Below, one piece after another: positions 1 to 12,138 of a DNA stretch of 64,000 bases; position 1 is the first letter of the stretch; every line of letters begins with the position of its first letter. A program made the position numbers and the translations under genes. Below the pieces are notes generated by a model. The model did not search any database. It was not told where the DNA came from and saw nothing but the letters and a program-made list of their open reading frames with translations. The stretch comes from Macrostomum lignano (Eukaryota): the NCBI GenBank assembly GCA_002269645.1, contig NIVC01002709.1, positions 124,001 to 188,000 on the forward strand. Reading direction: 5' to 3'.

Positions 1-339
1 TACTCTACTTGTTTCTAATATTTTTTAATTTTTAAATTAATAACTATGGCTATAGGAATCTATGGAATATGACAAAAACTACTATATTTTTGTAGTTATA
101 GCTGTAAGAGCAGCTATCTAGTATAGGCATATCTGTAGTTGTTATAAGCACCTATTTTACCATATTTGCCATAGGATCCCATAGCTGTAGCCATAGCTAC
201 AGTGGAATACTACACTTTATACTTAAAAGTTCAATAAAAGTTTATTTCTAAGAAATATATCTTCTCTTAAATTTTGGCATATAGATATTGACATAATTTT
301 TCTATTTAAATTAGCATAGAATTGAAAAAAACAGCAGAA

Positions 340-933
340 TTCTAAACAGGAGACTAAGCAGCAGTCGGCCCAGTGGACTCCAGTTGGCGGCATCCCACCA
401 TCCAAGCTTCGGTGAGAGTGCAGCGTGGCAAAGCAGATGGTGGCCATTTTTGTGGCGAAAACTAGTCATCTGGCCACAGTTCCACTTGTGCAGCAGCGCA
501 CAGTCACCGGTGACTAGTACGCCAATGTTTGCCTGCCAGAAGTGCTGAGCACTCTCTCCAGGCATCGCCCAAGGACTCAAGCTTGGGGCATCCTTCTCCA
601 TCACAACAATGCCCCAGCCTACAAGGCTCAACAGGTGGTGGAGTTCCTGGCTAGAGAGTGCATTCAAGAGCTTGGTCATCCACCCTACAGCCTCAACATG
701 GCCCCCTGTTTCCACAAATCAAGTGCAGGATGTGTGGAATCTACTATGGATCATCAGAAGCTGCAATAGAGGCCTTCATCTGGCATGTGGAGGAGGTGCC
801 TGCTTTAGCAAGTGGTAAAGCACATGAAAATTTACATTGAATCTTCTGGAGAGTACTTTGAAAAGATGCAACTGTTTTTTCTCTTAAACTATTTCTGTCT
901 GGGCATATCCAGAAACTTATTGCTTAGCCCTCA
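340..933 (+). mobile_element. Tc1/mariner transposon relic (3' part of transposase plus right TIR)
   Basis: Degenerate translation KQMVA...ATVPLVQQRTVT...CLPEVL...ILLHHNNAPAY...HPPYSLNMAPC...GEYFEK matches the mariner HDNA/HPPYSPDLAP/GEYFEK motifs. It ends ACTTATTGCTTAGCCCTCA followed by TA, like a mariner TIR. Confidence 0.85.
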
Positions 934-1017
934 TATAGCCAGGTGCAGGTCTATCTTTAAGTGAAGTATATAATGACTCAAAGAATGTATACCTATATAT
1001 ACCTATATACACATGCA

Positions 1018-1018
<1 letters not shown>

Positions 1019-1059
<41 letters not shown>

Positions 1060-1095
1060 CCTATATATATATTTATACCTATATATATATATATG
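1019..1095. repeat. (TA)n microsatellite
   Basis: Direct inspection. Confidence 0.95.
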
Positions 1096-2151
1096 TGAGT
1101 GCATGAATGTGCATATACAAATTAGTTTGCCAGAAATATACAGTATAGTATGTAGAGAGTGTAGCCTACAGAGTATAGGCTACAGTGCAGTTTAGTACAA
1201 TGCTACATAAGTGAATGATAAATCAATCGGTAAAGAGAGTAAGGGCAGGAGAAAGGAAAGAAAAATGAGGTACTTCCATGTTTCAATAAGCACAACACAC
1301 AAGCACGCATGAGGCATGCTACCCCCTCCCCCTGGTCCTTCAGTATAGTGGTGCATAGGTAAGTTGCAAATCTGGACAAAACTAAGTTGCACCGGATGGG
1401 TGAAATTTTGAGGTTGGGCATGTATGTTTGCAATAATGGCCATTGGCTATAATAAGTTATTTCAAATGATTTCAAAGTTATTTCAGATTTAAAAGCAAAG
1501 CCACTAAGCATTACATTAGGCCTATAAAAAGAATAATATAAAAAACATTTTAGATATTTAATTAAACAATTAAACTTTGTATGAAACATCTATAAAATAG
1601 GTTACTAAAAATTCAAATAAAAAATTTGCATAGTCTTGCCTTAGGGTAAAAACTTGTGCAAAAAATCTACATATAACTTTTTATTCCAAAATTGCCATGC
1701 AAAGATTCTATCCTAAGCAAGAAGCAAGAACTAGTAGACAAATTGTCCCCTACTTAGGGCTAGCGGGCTAGGCCTAGCAATTTAACTACCTAGGCTAGGC
1801 TAGATTAAAAGTCCATAAGACAAAATCAAATATACTTAACCTAGCAATATATTGGCATATTGCTGAATGTCCTAGATCTTCCATAGATTGGATCATATAT
1901 TTGTAGGTTTAATGCCAAAAAAAGAATAGGCCCTAAACCTTGTTTGTATACTAGGTTTATGTGCCAATAAAAAATTGTCATTTGACACAATGTATCAACT
2001 AAGTATTGTTATATATGCTGGGATATATCTTGATATACACTAAAAAATAGTAAGACCCTTACTGTATGCCGAGATACACCAAGGTAGATCCTTCCAAGGC
2101 TATGCCTAGCACCTATATGGGTGATCTTTTGGTTTCCTACTTTAAATTATT

Positions 2152-2550
2152 CGAAGAGCTTGCGTGCACGGCAGCCGTTCACGTAAGCTCAGAATTGCGT
2201 GCACGGCGGCTATCTACCTAGTGCTTTATTTGCATGTATGCAGCCGTACACCTAGTGTTGTAATTGCGTGCACGGCAGCCGGCAATTGGCCGGGACTGGG
2301 GCCCTTAAATCCACGCATTGGCATTGGCAAACCTAATTAAAAAATATTTTTACTATATTGTTTTATAATGTTTTATCCCTCGTACACCATGGACTGCAAA
2401 TGTAATCTTAATTCATTGTTTTTTTTTGTTAACTTGAATATTAATTCAAATAGTATATGACTTACTGTATAATAAGCCTATAAGATATAGCTCTGCCGTG
2501 CACGCAATTCTGAGCTTACGTGAACGGCGGCCGTGCACGCAAGCTCTTCG
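2152..2550. mobile_element. MITE-like element with 56-bp terminal inverted repeats
   Basis: 2152-2207 is the reverse complement of 2495-2550 with 1 mismatch. The motif TGCGTGCACGGC recurs internally. Confidence 0.6.
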
Positions 2551-3399
2551 TAAATTATTTTAACCCTCTTTTTGAACTTTTCAGCTATTGCTGAATCTAA
2601 AATAGGCCTATGGCTAACTAACCTCGAATGCTGCAATCTATTGTTCCTGCAATTGAAGTCATCAATAGCATCGTGCTGTGGCACTGTGCAACCTCGATGT
2701 GAACCATTTTTAAGGGATTTGCAATTTTTTGAAGGGAAGTCATCTGTTGCTGCTCCAGCTCATCAACATCATCTACTTCTGGTCAAAGAACCTGCAGGCT
2801 ACAGATGTTATAGTGGAGGCCACAATTGGGAGTGAAGCTGTAGTCGACTGGCTTAACTTCATTTCGTTTTCATCGCTTTGGGACTCTGAAAAGGGGGTTA
2901 GAATAATTTAGAGCGAGAAACCGGAAGATCGCCTAACGGGCTTGCAACAAACAGAAAGAACTTAAAGTTTAAACTTATGACACTTAGTGTCACGCAAATA
3001 TTTGCAGCACAGGACTGTTTTCGCGTGTGCTTCCGTGTCGCGTCTTGCGTGTAGAACTATTAGTATGAGTGCCTCAATCACTACTCTCTCCATGACTCAA
3101 TCATCAACAACGATGGAAAAATACCGAAAGATAACAATTTAAACCGCCTCTAAAAAATTTAACGATCCAGGAAACGAAAGGCAGTCATAAGAAAATGAAA
3201 ATGTAATGCAATTATTTTCTTGAATAGTTTGCTTCTGCGAAAATGTTGTGCCATCAGGCTCATCTCATAATGCAGTTTAATAATAACATATAATAATAGC
3301 ATATAATTATATAACACGCGTAATGATAATAATATATAATAGTATAATAATAACATATAATAATAGTACAGTAAACAACAACACAACAACGCAGTTAGC

Positions 3400-5060
3400 G
3401 TCACAGGGCGCGCTTCAAAGCCAGGTCGCGAATGGACGCCACGCCGCCAGCCGAATCGGGGGCGCCGGCGTCAGCCAGTAGGCAGTCGACGAAACGCGGA
3501 GTGCGCGCCTGCCCCCGCCGGTATATAGGGTGCCTGCAGCGTTAGCAGCAGCACCTCCTGCACCGGCTCTGGGCAGTACGACTCGGCGCGGATGATGTGG
3601 CCTGCCAGCTGGAGTCGCCGACGGCGCAACAGGTCGCGCACCAGGCCGGCGCGGCGATACAAAGCCGCGTTGGTCACTCGCTCGTAGCCGATCTTGAAGG
3701 CGGCGCGCAGCAGGCCAGAGTGCGCCGCGTCAACTTGCTGCTCGAGCGACTCCGTCAGCATCCATGTCTCGGCGTTGTACAGCAGGACGGTCTCGATCAC
3801 CGCCTGGTACAACGCCGCCCTCTGGCGGTCAGGTATAAGGCCTCGGACTGCAGGACTGCCCTCACAGAACGAAAGGCAGCCCAGGCAAGCCTGCGGCGAC
3901 GCCGCAGAGCCTCGCGGACGCCGGGAACCAGACCGCCGAGGTAGAGGAACTGCTGACAACGCGGAAGCTCTGTCGCCTGTCCATCAGCGCCTCGGCATAA
4001 AATTGCAGCCTCGATGTCGTCCGGCACGCAGAGCACGCGACGGTTTTCTGCGTGTTGACCACCAGGCCGACACTCGCCGCAACAGCAACTAGCTTGTCCA
4101 GTTGTCGCTGGGCACCCTCGACAGTTGAGGACAGCAGGGCGAGGTCGTCGGCGTAGCCAAGCACGCTGAGCCGCCTCTCCGGTTGACGTCGACCCACGCG
4201 TCGCCGCAACAGAAAGCCGTCGTCGTTCATGGTAGGAAGAGCGGTCCGCAGCACCCAGTCAAGCACCAGAACAAACAGGAACGGCGCAAGCGTATCTCCT
4301 TGAAGCACCCCGGAGGATGTCTCAAAGAAGTCTGATAGGCCGTGCGGTGTTCAAACAGCAGCTTTCGTATCACGGTACATCGCGATGATGGCGGAAATCA
4401 GCTGCTCTGGTACGTTGTACGCACGGAGCACCTATGGGAGCGCAGACCTGACGACCGAGTCGAATGCCTTCTTGAAATCTATGAAGATAACAATAAGGAT
4501 CGACTGGCGTAGCCGTGCTTCCTCGATGACTCGCCGAAGAGCCAGGATCTGCGTTGTTCCGCGATGGGGCCGCGGAAGCAGGACGACGCAGGTACGGATC
4601 CAGCACGGGCTGCAACCGCGACGGTTGAACAGCTTCGCAGCGCAGGACTGAAGGCAGATGCCTCGATGCTCCTCAAGCCTCGTGGTGCCCGGCTTCTTAG
4701 GAACTGCAACGATGTGCGCCGTGGTCCATTCTTTGGGTGCCTCCTCACTGAAGATCACGCGATTCATCACTCTGGCGACCTCACTGGCCACACATTGGAT
4801 GCGCGCAGCGCCTCGATGGGCACCTCGTCCGGACGCAGCGCTTTCCCGCCCGGTGGCTGTTAGGTGAGCCTCACAACGTCGGCTGTGCTGACTGGTACTA
4901 GGCTGAAGCTCTCCTCTGCCGGCAACGGCATCTCCGGCGGCAGCGTCAGACTGTCTGGCAGCGGGGGTGGCGGCGAAGAACTCACACAGCTCGTTCCTGG
5001 GTTCCTGAGTCGCCTGCCAGGTAGTAGTACAGTAACCTGGCAGTACAGTAAAATATTAGT
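3400..5060 (-). mobile_element. Degenerate 5'-truncated non-LTR retrotransposon (RTE-like RT)
   Basis: Frameshifted fragments HRGICLQS, FIDFKKAFDSV, LQGDTLAPFLF, GYADDLALL, IETVLLYNAETW. A degenerate (TTA)-rich tail lies at ~3280-3400. Confidence 0.9.
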
Positions 5061-6861
5061 TTAAACGCGAGACTTGACTTTTAGATTCAGCACATTGAGG
5101 CGTACACTTGTGTACATGTACAAAAGCGCGGGACTTTATTGCCTACGATAAACACAGTGGCGCAACCGAAAATTTGGCAAGGATGCGGATCTCCGGACCA
5201 AAGGATGAAGGGGCTGTATTCTAGCGAACTTTCGCTTAATTTATTGGTCCACATATAGTTTTCCTACATAGTCCGATCCTCTTCCGGACATTGGGGTGGA
5301 TCAGTGGCAACTTTGAGAAAATTCTTCTATTGCCATGAAGACCAAAAGCGCTTAAGTTAGAAGACATACATGTGAAGCTTCAACCGTGCATGTACGTTTT
5401 GGCTTTACCGTAAAATAAAACTGTTCAAACGGACGACTAGCCGAGCTCGACCCCAGCAACGGACTTTGCATTGACCTTGCTTTGCATTGCATTGTACGAG
5501 TCATCCCATGATGGATACAAGCGAAGAAAAAGAAGCTTGCTCAACAATCGCACATGTAAAACACTCAGTGGCCGTCTTACTATACTAAAAGGCACCATGG
5601 CCGCGATCACCGCTAAGCTATACTATAAGGTAAACAAGCTGCTTAACGGCTCGTATAATGTACATGTAATCCACTTTGCCTGTGCGCCTCGTCTATTCCT
5701 TCAGTGTTAAATGAGCGGTGATAATCAGTAGCGTAACTCTGATACCATAGACAAACCAATTCGAGATGGATAGACATGGATAGCGGAGATAACCCATTAT
5801 CTCTCCCGGAGTCGCACATGCCGTGTACATTTTCCTCGACTTTGTTTATTATCGTTAGTCTCAGTTTTTTCGTTCGTTCTAATAAAATAAACCTGAAGAT
5901 GCACCACGGAGTGCGAAACTCGTCGACTTACAAATGTTGATAGTTGGTTTTTTATTTTCCTCGACAGAATATGATCGACCAATTCCACTGGTTTCTGTGT
6001 CCAGGCCTTGGGGGGACCATCAGGCATTTATCTATATATGTACATGTATGTGACTTTTCAAGTGCTCTTCCGGTCTTCTGGAAGAATTGAACTGTGAAAT
6101 TGCAACTACATGTACTTTCAGGCCAGAAGATTTAATCAAGCTACACTGTACATGCATTTACATTCACTATTTACTAACTATACCACACTACTAAGCCTAA
6201 AGTTAAAACTGTTGATAAAGACAGCTAAAGCCATAACATGTATATGGATTGATCTTCTTTTGCATTACATTTCGGCCGTTTAATGCTTACCTGTGCCATA
6301 TAAACCTATAGCAACATAATATGCCCACACTGAGCTATCTGCTTACTACCCTTACATCACCATTCTAGGTGCTATAAGGTTTTCGACCATATCTACTCAT
6401 ACGACCATATCGACACAAAGTCATGCAGTTGAGGGATCAGCAACATTACAGTAGAAGCTATTAACATAAAGCGCAAATCTGACAGATAAATCAAGACAAA
6501 ATAAGTTCTTCAGAATCCACCACAAATTGAGTATTTGAGAATCTCAAAATGTATCCAATTAGAGCTTTTGTTCAAGGATGTCCCCTATAGTGCAGATGTT
6601 AATATACGAGTACGTTCTATCTTGAAGTGAAACCTGAAGATGACATTAATTAATGGACTGGATGGACAATGGAGAGGTTAAGAAGAGCAGCGAAGGACAG
6701 ACAGTGATGGCGGAAGCAGTGTAATTAATTGTCTGTGGTAGACATAGAAAATGAAAATAAGAGCTTGACAGAGATATCGATACAAGTGAATGAGATTTAA
6801 AGTGGATGAAAGTTTTTTTTTCACTTCAACGTTCTAATAATAAAAGCCCAAAGAAACAAAA

Positions 6862-7347
6862 ATGCAAGACTCAAACCAACCGCAGCACAATGCATGACAG
6901 CAACGTGGACAACATTCCGAGCAGCAGCTGCCCCAGCTGCAGGTGCGTCATCAGCACGGGGCTGCAGCATTCGGCTGGCCGGCTTACCTCTCCCGCAAGT
7001 ACTGTTTAGCCTTCCTGCTTTATTCGCTCGCCTGTTTGAGCATTTTTGTTCTGCTGCTATTGCCTGCTGCCAGCACACTGTCCGCCCACTGGCAGGGCAG
7101 GAAGTTACTGCTGGCAGCGACCTTACTTCTCACATTTGCATTCCTGCTGTGTGTCGCTTGTCACTGCTGCTCAGGCTTCTGCTGCGATCTGACATTGACG
7201 CGGCGGTCGACGCTGCTGCACGAAGACAACGACGATGGTGCAGATGAGCAGCCTGAAGTTGCTGTCGTTGCTGCGGTAGAAAACAGCGAGCATTCGTCTA
7301 TTGCCGCGGATGTACTCGGCGTACATGTAAGTACTCGACGCGAGTAG
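6862..7347 (+). pseudogene. Small two-TM membrane protein ORF with an in-frame TGA at codon 12
   Basis: ATG at 6862 (AAAAATG context), TGA at 6895, then the same frame stays open to 7347. It encodes a Gln-rich N-terminus, two hydrophobic helices, a Cys cluster (CVACHCCSGFCC) and an acidic tail. Confidence 0.4.
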
Positions 7348-7979
7348 AATATTGAAGAAAATCGAATTGAAGTCAGGCTGTTTTGCAATCGGTTCCAGTT
7401 ACATATGGGTAGCTGTATATCCTGCCCAGTTCGATAAATAGCTACTCCGATGATTTAAACGTATTGACATGACTTATTTGAAGTTTTATTTATTGGTTCT
7501 ACGCTGATCGAAGTTTGTCTGATACTTAACATATTTCAGTGATCTTTCATGGAAATCCATCGGCTATTTACTGTTCCAAATAGATTTTTTTGCGAAATTT
7601 AACGCTAATGTTTAATAAATAAAGGATACTTGTATGTAAAAAACAACATTTTTAACATTTCAACCAAGCTTGAATAGTTAATAAACACCTCGTACTTTCA
7701 ACAGAGATCAATAATCGAATAGTGCTCGTAGCAAGCCATATTGACTTGCTGATTGCATTGGATGAATCTGGATAGGAAAAGAAATTTAATCTGTCTGCTA
7801 GGATCAAAGGACAGTACAGGAAACGTTCACAAAAACAACATAGTAGCTCAATACTGCCTTCTCCGAGTCAATTGCCATACAGACCGCCTTTTGGTCTCAG
7901 CTCTCAGCATTGTCGTAAACCGACTGGAAAGATTAAAAGTGCTGTTGAGCTATTCTCACTGCATAAAACACGTGTTTAT

Positions 7980-8265
7980 TCAAGCAGTTGGAGACTTAAG
8001 CAGCTCTCGTTGGGGTCGGGCGGCTTGGCAGCAGCCAGCAGCTCCACGGCTGCGCCTTGGCTGATGGCGCCGGCGGAGGCGTCGGCTGCTCGGGTCCGCT
8101 TCAGCACTGCGGCAGTCGCTGCGCCGCCCACTGCGACGGCTGCGGCCACCGAGCAGCAGATGACAGCGACCGTCAGCAGCGCGCCGCTGTCAGAACTGCT
8201 TCTGCTTGTGGCGCTCGCTGAAGGACAAAATGTACTTCGTGAGCAGTGGTCGAACCCTGTGACAT
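7980..8265 (-). CDS. Transmembrane/cytoplasmic exon of the lectin-Ig receptor family (paralog A; upstream exons absent)
   Basis: GFDHCSRSTFC...ALLTVAVICCSVAAAVAVGGAATAAVLKRTR is nearly identical to the exon at 36560-36826. Confidence 0.7.
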
Positions 8266-8274
8266 AAAGATCAA

Positions 8275-8939
8275 AACCTAAAACCCTGGAATAATTTCCT
8301 TGTAGCTCTTTCGGGTTTTGGCCATTGCATATAAAAAAGTCATGCACAGTTTATCGCTCATAAAGACCCCTCGGAAGTTTGGAATCTTTAGCTCATTAAC
8401 TAAATCTTGAAGAAAAGTATCTGTTGTCATTTTTACAATTTTTAATTAAAAACCCATTTTTTGCAATCTCCAGTGGCCGGAAGTGCAGGCTTTTTATGTT
8501 GCCATCAAAGACAATCTCTTACTGTCTGCACCTGACAGGCCAATCTTCCTCTATTGAATCGTATAAATATTGTGGTTCTTGGACTGCATTTTCGAGAATT
8601 CATGGATAGTTCTCTTATTGTGACACAGATCTCTGAATACGGCTTTTAACTCATTCCTAACTACATTTTTGGGAACACCCTTAGCTTTTTTAATGGGATC
8701 TGATGCCTCACATTTTACAAAATAAGACTTTGCTCTCAACCCGATAAAATTCAATAATAATCATCGTTCATTTTCCCAAATCCCAATTACCCTCTTGTTA
8801 CGAGGGTCAAACATTTGATTGCCATTCTGTGTTTTGAATGATTCTGGGTATTCAGATAGGTCATACAAGTCCTTCCACGTCAAAAGGTCCTGATAAAAGT
8901 TTAACATTTTGATTGCCATTCTGTGTTTTGAATGGTTCT
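8275..8939 (-). mobile_element. Relic of an older sister Polinton, left part: PolB C-terminus plus internally deleted adenain gene
   Basis: FIGLRAKSYFVKCEASDPIKKAKG...KIGLSGAD...GHWRL is followed by ATG at 8430: MTTDTFLQDLVNELKIPNFRGVFMSD//KLCMTFLYAMAKTRKSYKEII. This parallels the intact adenain at 17675-18076 in the same gene order. Confidence 0.9.
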
Positions 8940-9178
8940 TGTTAGATGCTTAGATGGTTTATAGAAAATCTCTTATGTTAGTTATTACCACGGTGCATAC
9001 TCTATGGCCGAAACTGTCAAGCGATACTCTTTTCATTAAAGTGAGCAGAGCCGCAAGGCTCAAATACACTAAGCGTGATTAGAGAGAGCTGCTCAACTGG
9101 AGCACTTAAGAAATAACCGAGCTAGCTAAAGGCTACATCAAAATTGGTGTTATAGTGTCCGTGCATTCAGAACCAACA
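8940..9178 (+). mobile_element. 5' LTR of Gypsy element (TG...CA, 239 bp) followed by PBS
   Basis: Starts TGTTAG, ends ...AACCAACA. PBS-like TGGCGACGAGG at 9180-9190 precedes gag. GTTCT lies directly 5' (8935-8939). Confidence 0.85.
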
Positions 9179-9190
9179 CTGGCGACGAGG

Positions 9191-9916
9191 ATGGCGACGA
9201 TTCCAATCGAACCCCTGGAGACAGACGTGCCTGCCGAGGTCAGCAGATGGCTGCAGCGATTCGAGGCTATAGCCAAAGTCAAAAAGTGGAACGACGACGT
9301 GCTGAAGTACGCGTTTATAGCACAACTGGGGAAGAAGGCGTTCAACCTTCTGGCTGACGCTTCACTGCCAGCAAAGCCAGAGGAAAAGACCTTCGACCAG
9401 TTAAAGACGCTACTAACAAACGAAACGAAAGCATTGAAGTCGGGACTGGCCTATAGGTACGCTTTCCACCACATGAAGCAGGAAAGCGAAGAAGACACGT
9501 CGGCCTACGCTAGGAGACTTCGACAAGCCGCGGACAACTGTGAATTCACGGACCTAAACGACAAGTTGCGCGACCAGCTTGTGTTTGGCTTGTTCAACAA
9601 AGACATCGTGAGGAAACTGCTAACTGAAAAACTCGCAGACCTCACCTGGGAGAGGGTGACGTCCGTGGCAAGCGCATGCGAAGCCGTAGCGCGTGGTGAA
9701 AAACAGATGAGCAGCAGCGAAATCTTATCGGTCAAGAGGGCGGATCGACCGCGTTTGCCAGAGACTCGACAGAACGATCGCAAAGCGTGGCAGCCAACCG
9801 GGTACGGCAAGTGGAATCAACAGAGCCATGGCAACCAAGCAAAATGTTTCTGCTGTGGCAAGGATGGACACCGCAAGGACGTCTGCCAGCACCGTTCAAA
9901 GACCTGCCTGAATTGA
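9191..9916 (+). pseudogene. gag: Gypsy Gag (premature stop in the second zinc knuckle)
   Basis: WLQRFE...LRDQLVFGL...CFCCGKDGHRKDVC (CCHC knuckle), then CLN*GKTGHLKAVC. Confidence 0.9.
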
Positions 9917-10575
9917 GGAAAGACTGGCCATCTGAAAGCTGTGTGTAAGTCTAATACATCAAGACCTGCTCAACGGTCAAGACAGACGATCGAACCGCAG
10001 GAAGATTCTTCAGGACCTGTAGGTCTTGACAGCATTTTCTCCATAAATAGCAGCTGTGATGAGCCCAGCAGGCGCAGGATAACAAGGCTTCTGCTGGTCA
10101 ATGGGGCCAATCTTCGTATGATTATGGACACTGGATCCGTCTCATCATTTGTATCGCTAAAGATGTATCAAGGCCTTCCGTTGAAATCCAATTTAAGACC
10201 GACAGCCCGATGATTTACAGCATACCAAGGACATCCGGTGCGTGTTTTAGGAGAAGTTACTGTCAGAGTAGAGCGTGGCGGTGCAGTAGCGAACCTGCCA
10301 TTGTTTGTCGTGGACCACAGAGATGTGAAGCCCATATGTGGTTTGGACTGGATTGCAGAGCTGGAGCCGGAGCTTTATGTCGCCATAACCCAAGGTGGTA
10401 ATGCTAACACCACAGAAGAACGGCAATCAAGTCGCATGTCTCCAGTCGACACCGTGAAGGCGTCACTATCGATCAGGCCAGGCGCAAAACCTGTTTTCTG
10501 CAAGCCAAGACCGATTCCCTATGGTATTCAAGAAGACGTAATGAACGAGCTACGAAGAATGGAATCTGAAAGGAC
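9917..10575 (+). pseudogene. pol: Gypsy pol N-terminal part (aspartic protease, pre-RT), frameshifted and cut by the Polinton
   Basis: LLVNGANLRMIMDTGS (DTG protease motif), ICGLDWI, KPVFCKPRPIPY. It continues at 26398 as LEKVQSSEWATPIV. Confidence 0.9.
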
Positions 10576-10923
10576 AGTAGAAGGCATGAGGGGGCTTTTG
10601 GGACAAAATTTTTCACGTCCTCCATAATCCTATTAAATCCATCCATATTATCTCTGACAGAATCAGAAAAAAAAGGGGGGTCGCACTCGCTCACAAAACG
10701 TCCTCCATAATTCCATTAAATCCATCCATATTATCCCTGACAGAATCAGAGCATTATCCCTGACAGAATCAGAGCATAACAGGTGTCATATAATCCACTG
10801 ACATCCACCCATAGCATCTTCGAAACAATCAGAAAATAATCTGCATTCTTCTCCCCATGGGGCCCACATTCAATTCGCAACGTGCTACCAGATCCCAAAG
10901 ACTTTAAATCATCAGCGCAGGGT
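10576..10923 (+). repeat. Left TIR of Polinton (348 bp, starts AGTAG)
   Basis: Reverse complement of 26046-26391, differing by 2 substitutions and an A8 versus A6 run among the differences I noticed. Confidence 0.97.
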
Positions 10924-10960
10924 CCTTACCCTTTGAAAAAAAATTAAATTTTCTCTAAAA

Positions 10961-11197
10961 ATGTTTCCAGTTGTCTCTCCAGGTTCCTATTATACTCAGC
11001 CCAATCCATTGTACAAATCCAAGTACCAATGCAAACTAGAATGCAGCGAATACATGAGAAAATATTGGCCCGACGTTGATATCAATGTCCCTAATATTAA
11101 TCAAGCACTTAAATCTCACTGGTTTGAAAAACACGGAGTAGTCATTAACAATTTTGACAGCTATTATAACTTTGCTGAAGTTATAAGGCAGTTGTAG
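10961..11197 (+). CDS. Small hypothetical Polinton protein (78 aa)
   Basis: Open ORF with the AAAAATG start context shared by the other Polinton genes. No recognised motif. Confidence 0.5.
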   Translation: MFPVVSPGSYYTQPNPLYKSKYQCKLECSEYMRKYWPDVDINVPNINQALKSHWFEKHGVVINNFDSYYNFAEVIRQL

Positions 11198-11258
11198 TAG
11201 CCAACTACACGGTTGTACCTGGCGGCTTATATCGTAATTTTACAAGTCTGAAGACGAC

Positions 11259-12116
11259 TCACATTCTCTCAATAATAATTGTTAGCACAAACTCTTCCCC
11301 GTTAAAATCGACACCAACGCCATCCTCTGTTTCAAACTGCAGAATGATTTCATGTATCTCTCTATTACTCAGAATCACTCTTTTCACGGGGTTTGGCTTT
11401 TGCACAAGCATTTTGCCACCAGCAACAGAGTTTGAAATGTTAAAAAGTATGTTGCTTCGTTTGCCCTTGAATATCCAATCATGGCTCAGATTGCTGCGAA
11501 TTAATATATTCAAACCTTTGACAATGTCAGCGATATTTGGCGCCAAGTACATACCGGATATTAGCCGGGACACAGCAACAGTGCCAGGCGCCTGCAGCGG
11601 GCTTTGGTCTGTGGCGCCACCATAAACTCTCTTTTCAAATCCCAACTCGCGATACCAAGTGCCATCTTTAAACTCTACCTCTGCGTCCTTATGAACTTGC
11701 AAGACAACTCTCATGACAGTTAGATCATAAGTTAATCTAACAGGGAACAGTTTATTTTCTGGTTTGCTTTCATCCGGTATCTCAAAATGCTTTCGTTTAG
11801 TGAAGACGTTCTCCAAGAAGTAATTATAAGTATCCACGCTCTGTGTGCTGACAGGAAATATCACAACCTCTGTTGTAGTACGCTTCCATTTGTAATAAAA
11901 CTTGTTATTTTCCGCTGTCACATTGGGAACATTTGACCACCCAGTGAAATCATTGAGATAGACGTGGTAATTCGCCTCGGGATCCAAACGAAGTGGTTGC
12001 TCCAATTTTTGAATGAAGATTCCGTTTGACTCAGTAATGCGACCCGCTACAGTGATTGGAATGCTCTCCTTAGAGTGTGAAACAATGTTGTTCAGTCTTT
12101 CGGCTATGGCTTCCAT
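11259..12116 (-). CDS. Minor capsid protein (penton, single jelly-roll)
   Basis: Intact 285 aa adjacent to the MCP. The C-terminus IRSNL...SNILF...GKML...NPVK...EIILQFETEDGVGVDFNGE fits the Polinton penton pattern. Confidence 0.8.
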   Translation of the reverse strand: MEAIAERLNNIVSHSKESIPITVAGRITESNGIFIQKLEQPLRLDPEANYHVYLNDFTGWSNVPNVTAENNKFYYKWKRTTTEVVIFPVSTQSVDTYNYFLENVFTKRKHFEIPDESKPENKLFPVRLTYDLTVMRVVLQVHKDAEVEFKDGTWYRELGFEKRVYGGATDQSPLQAPGTVAVSRLISGMYLAPNIADIVKGLNILIRSNLSHDWIFKGKRSNILFNISNSVAGGKMLVQKPNPVKRVILSNREIHEIILQFETEDGVGVDFNGEEFVLTIIIERM

Positions 12117-12138
12117 TTTTTTATTGAAAAAAAATTAT

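Noticed and set aside
2370-2385. CCCTCGTA resembling another mariner end
   Set aside because: Only 8 bp with no associated transposase or partner TIR.
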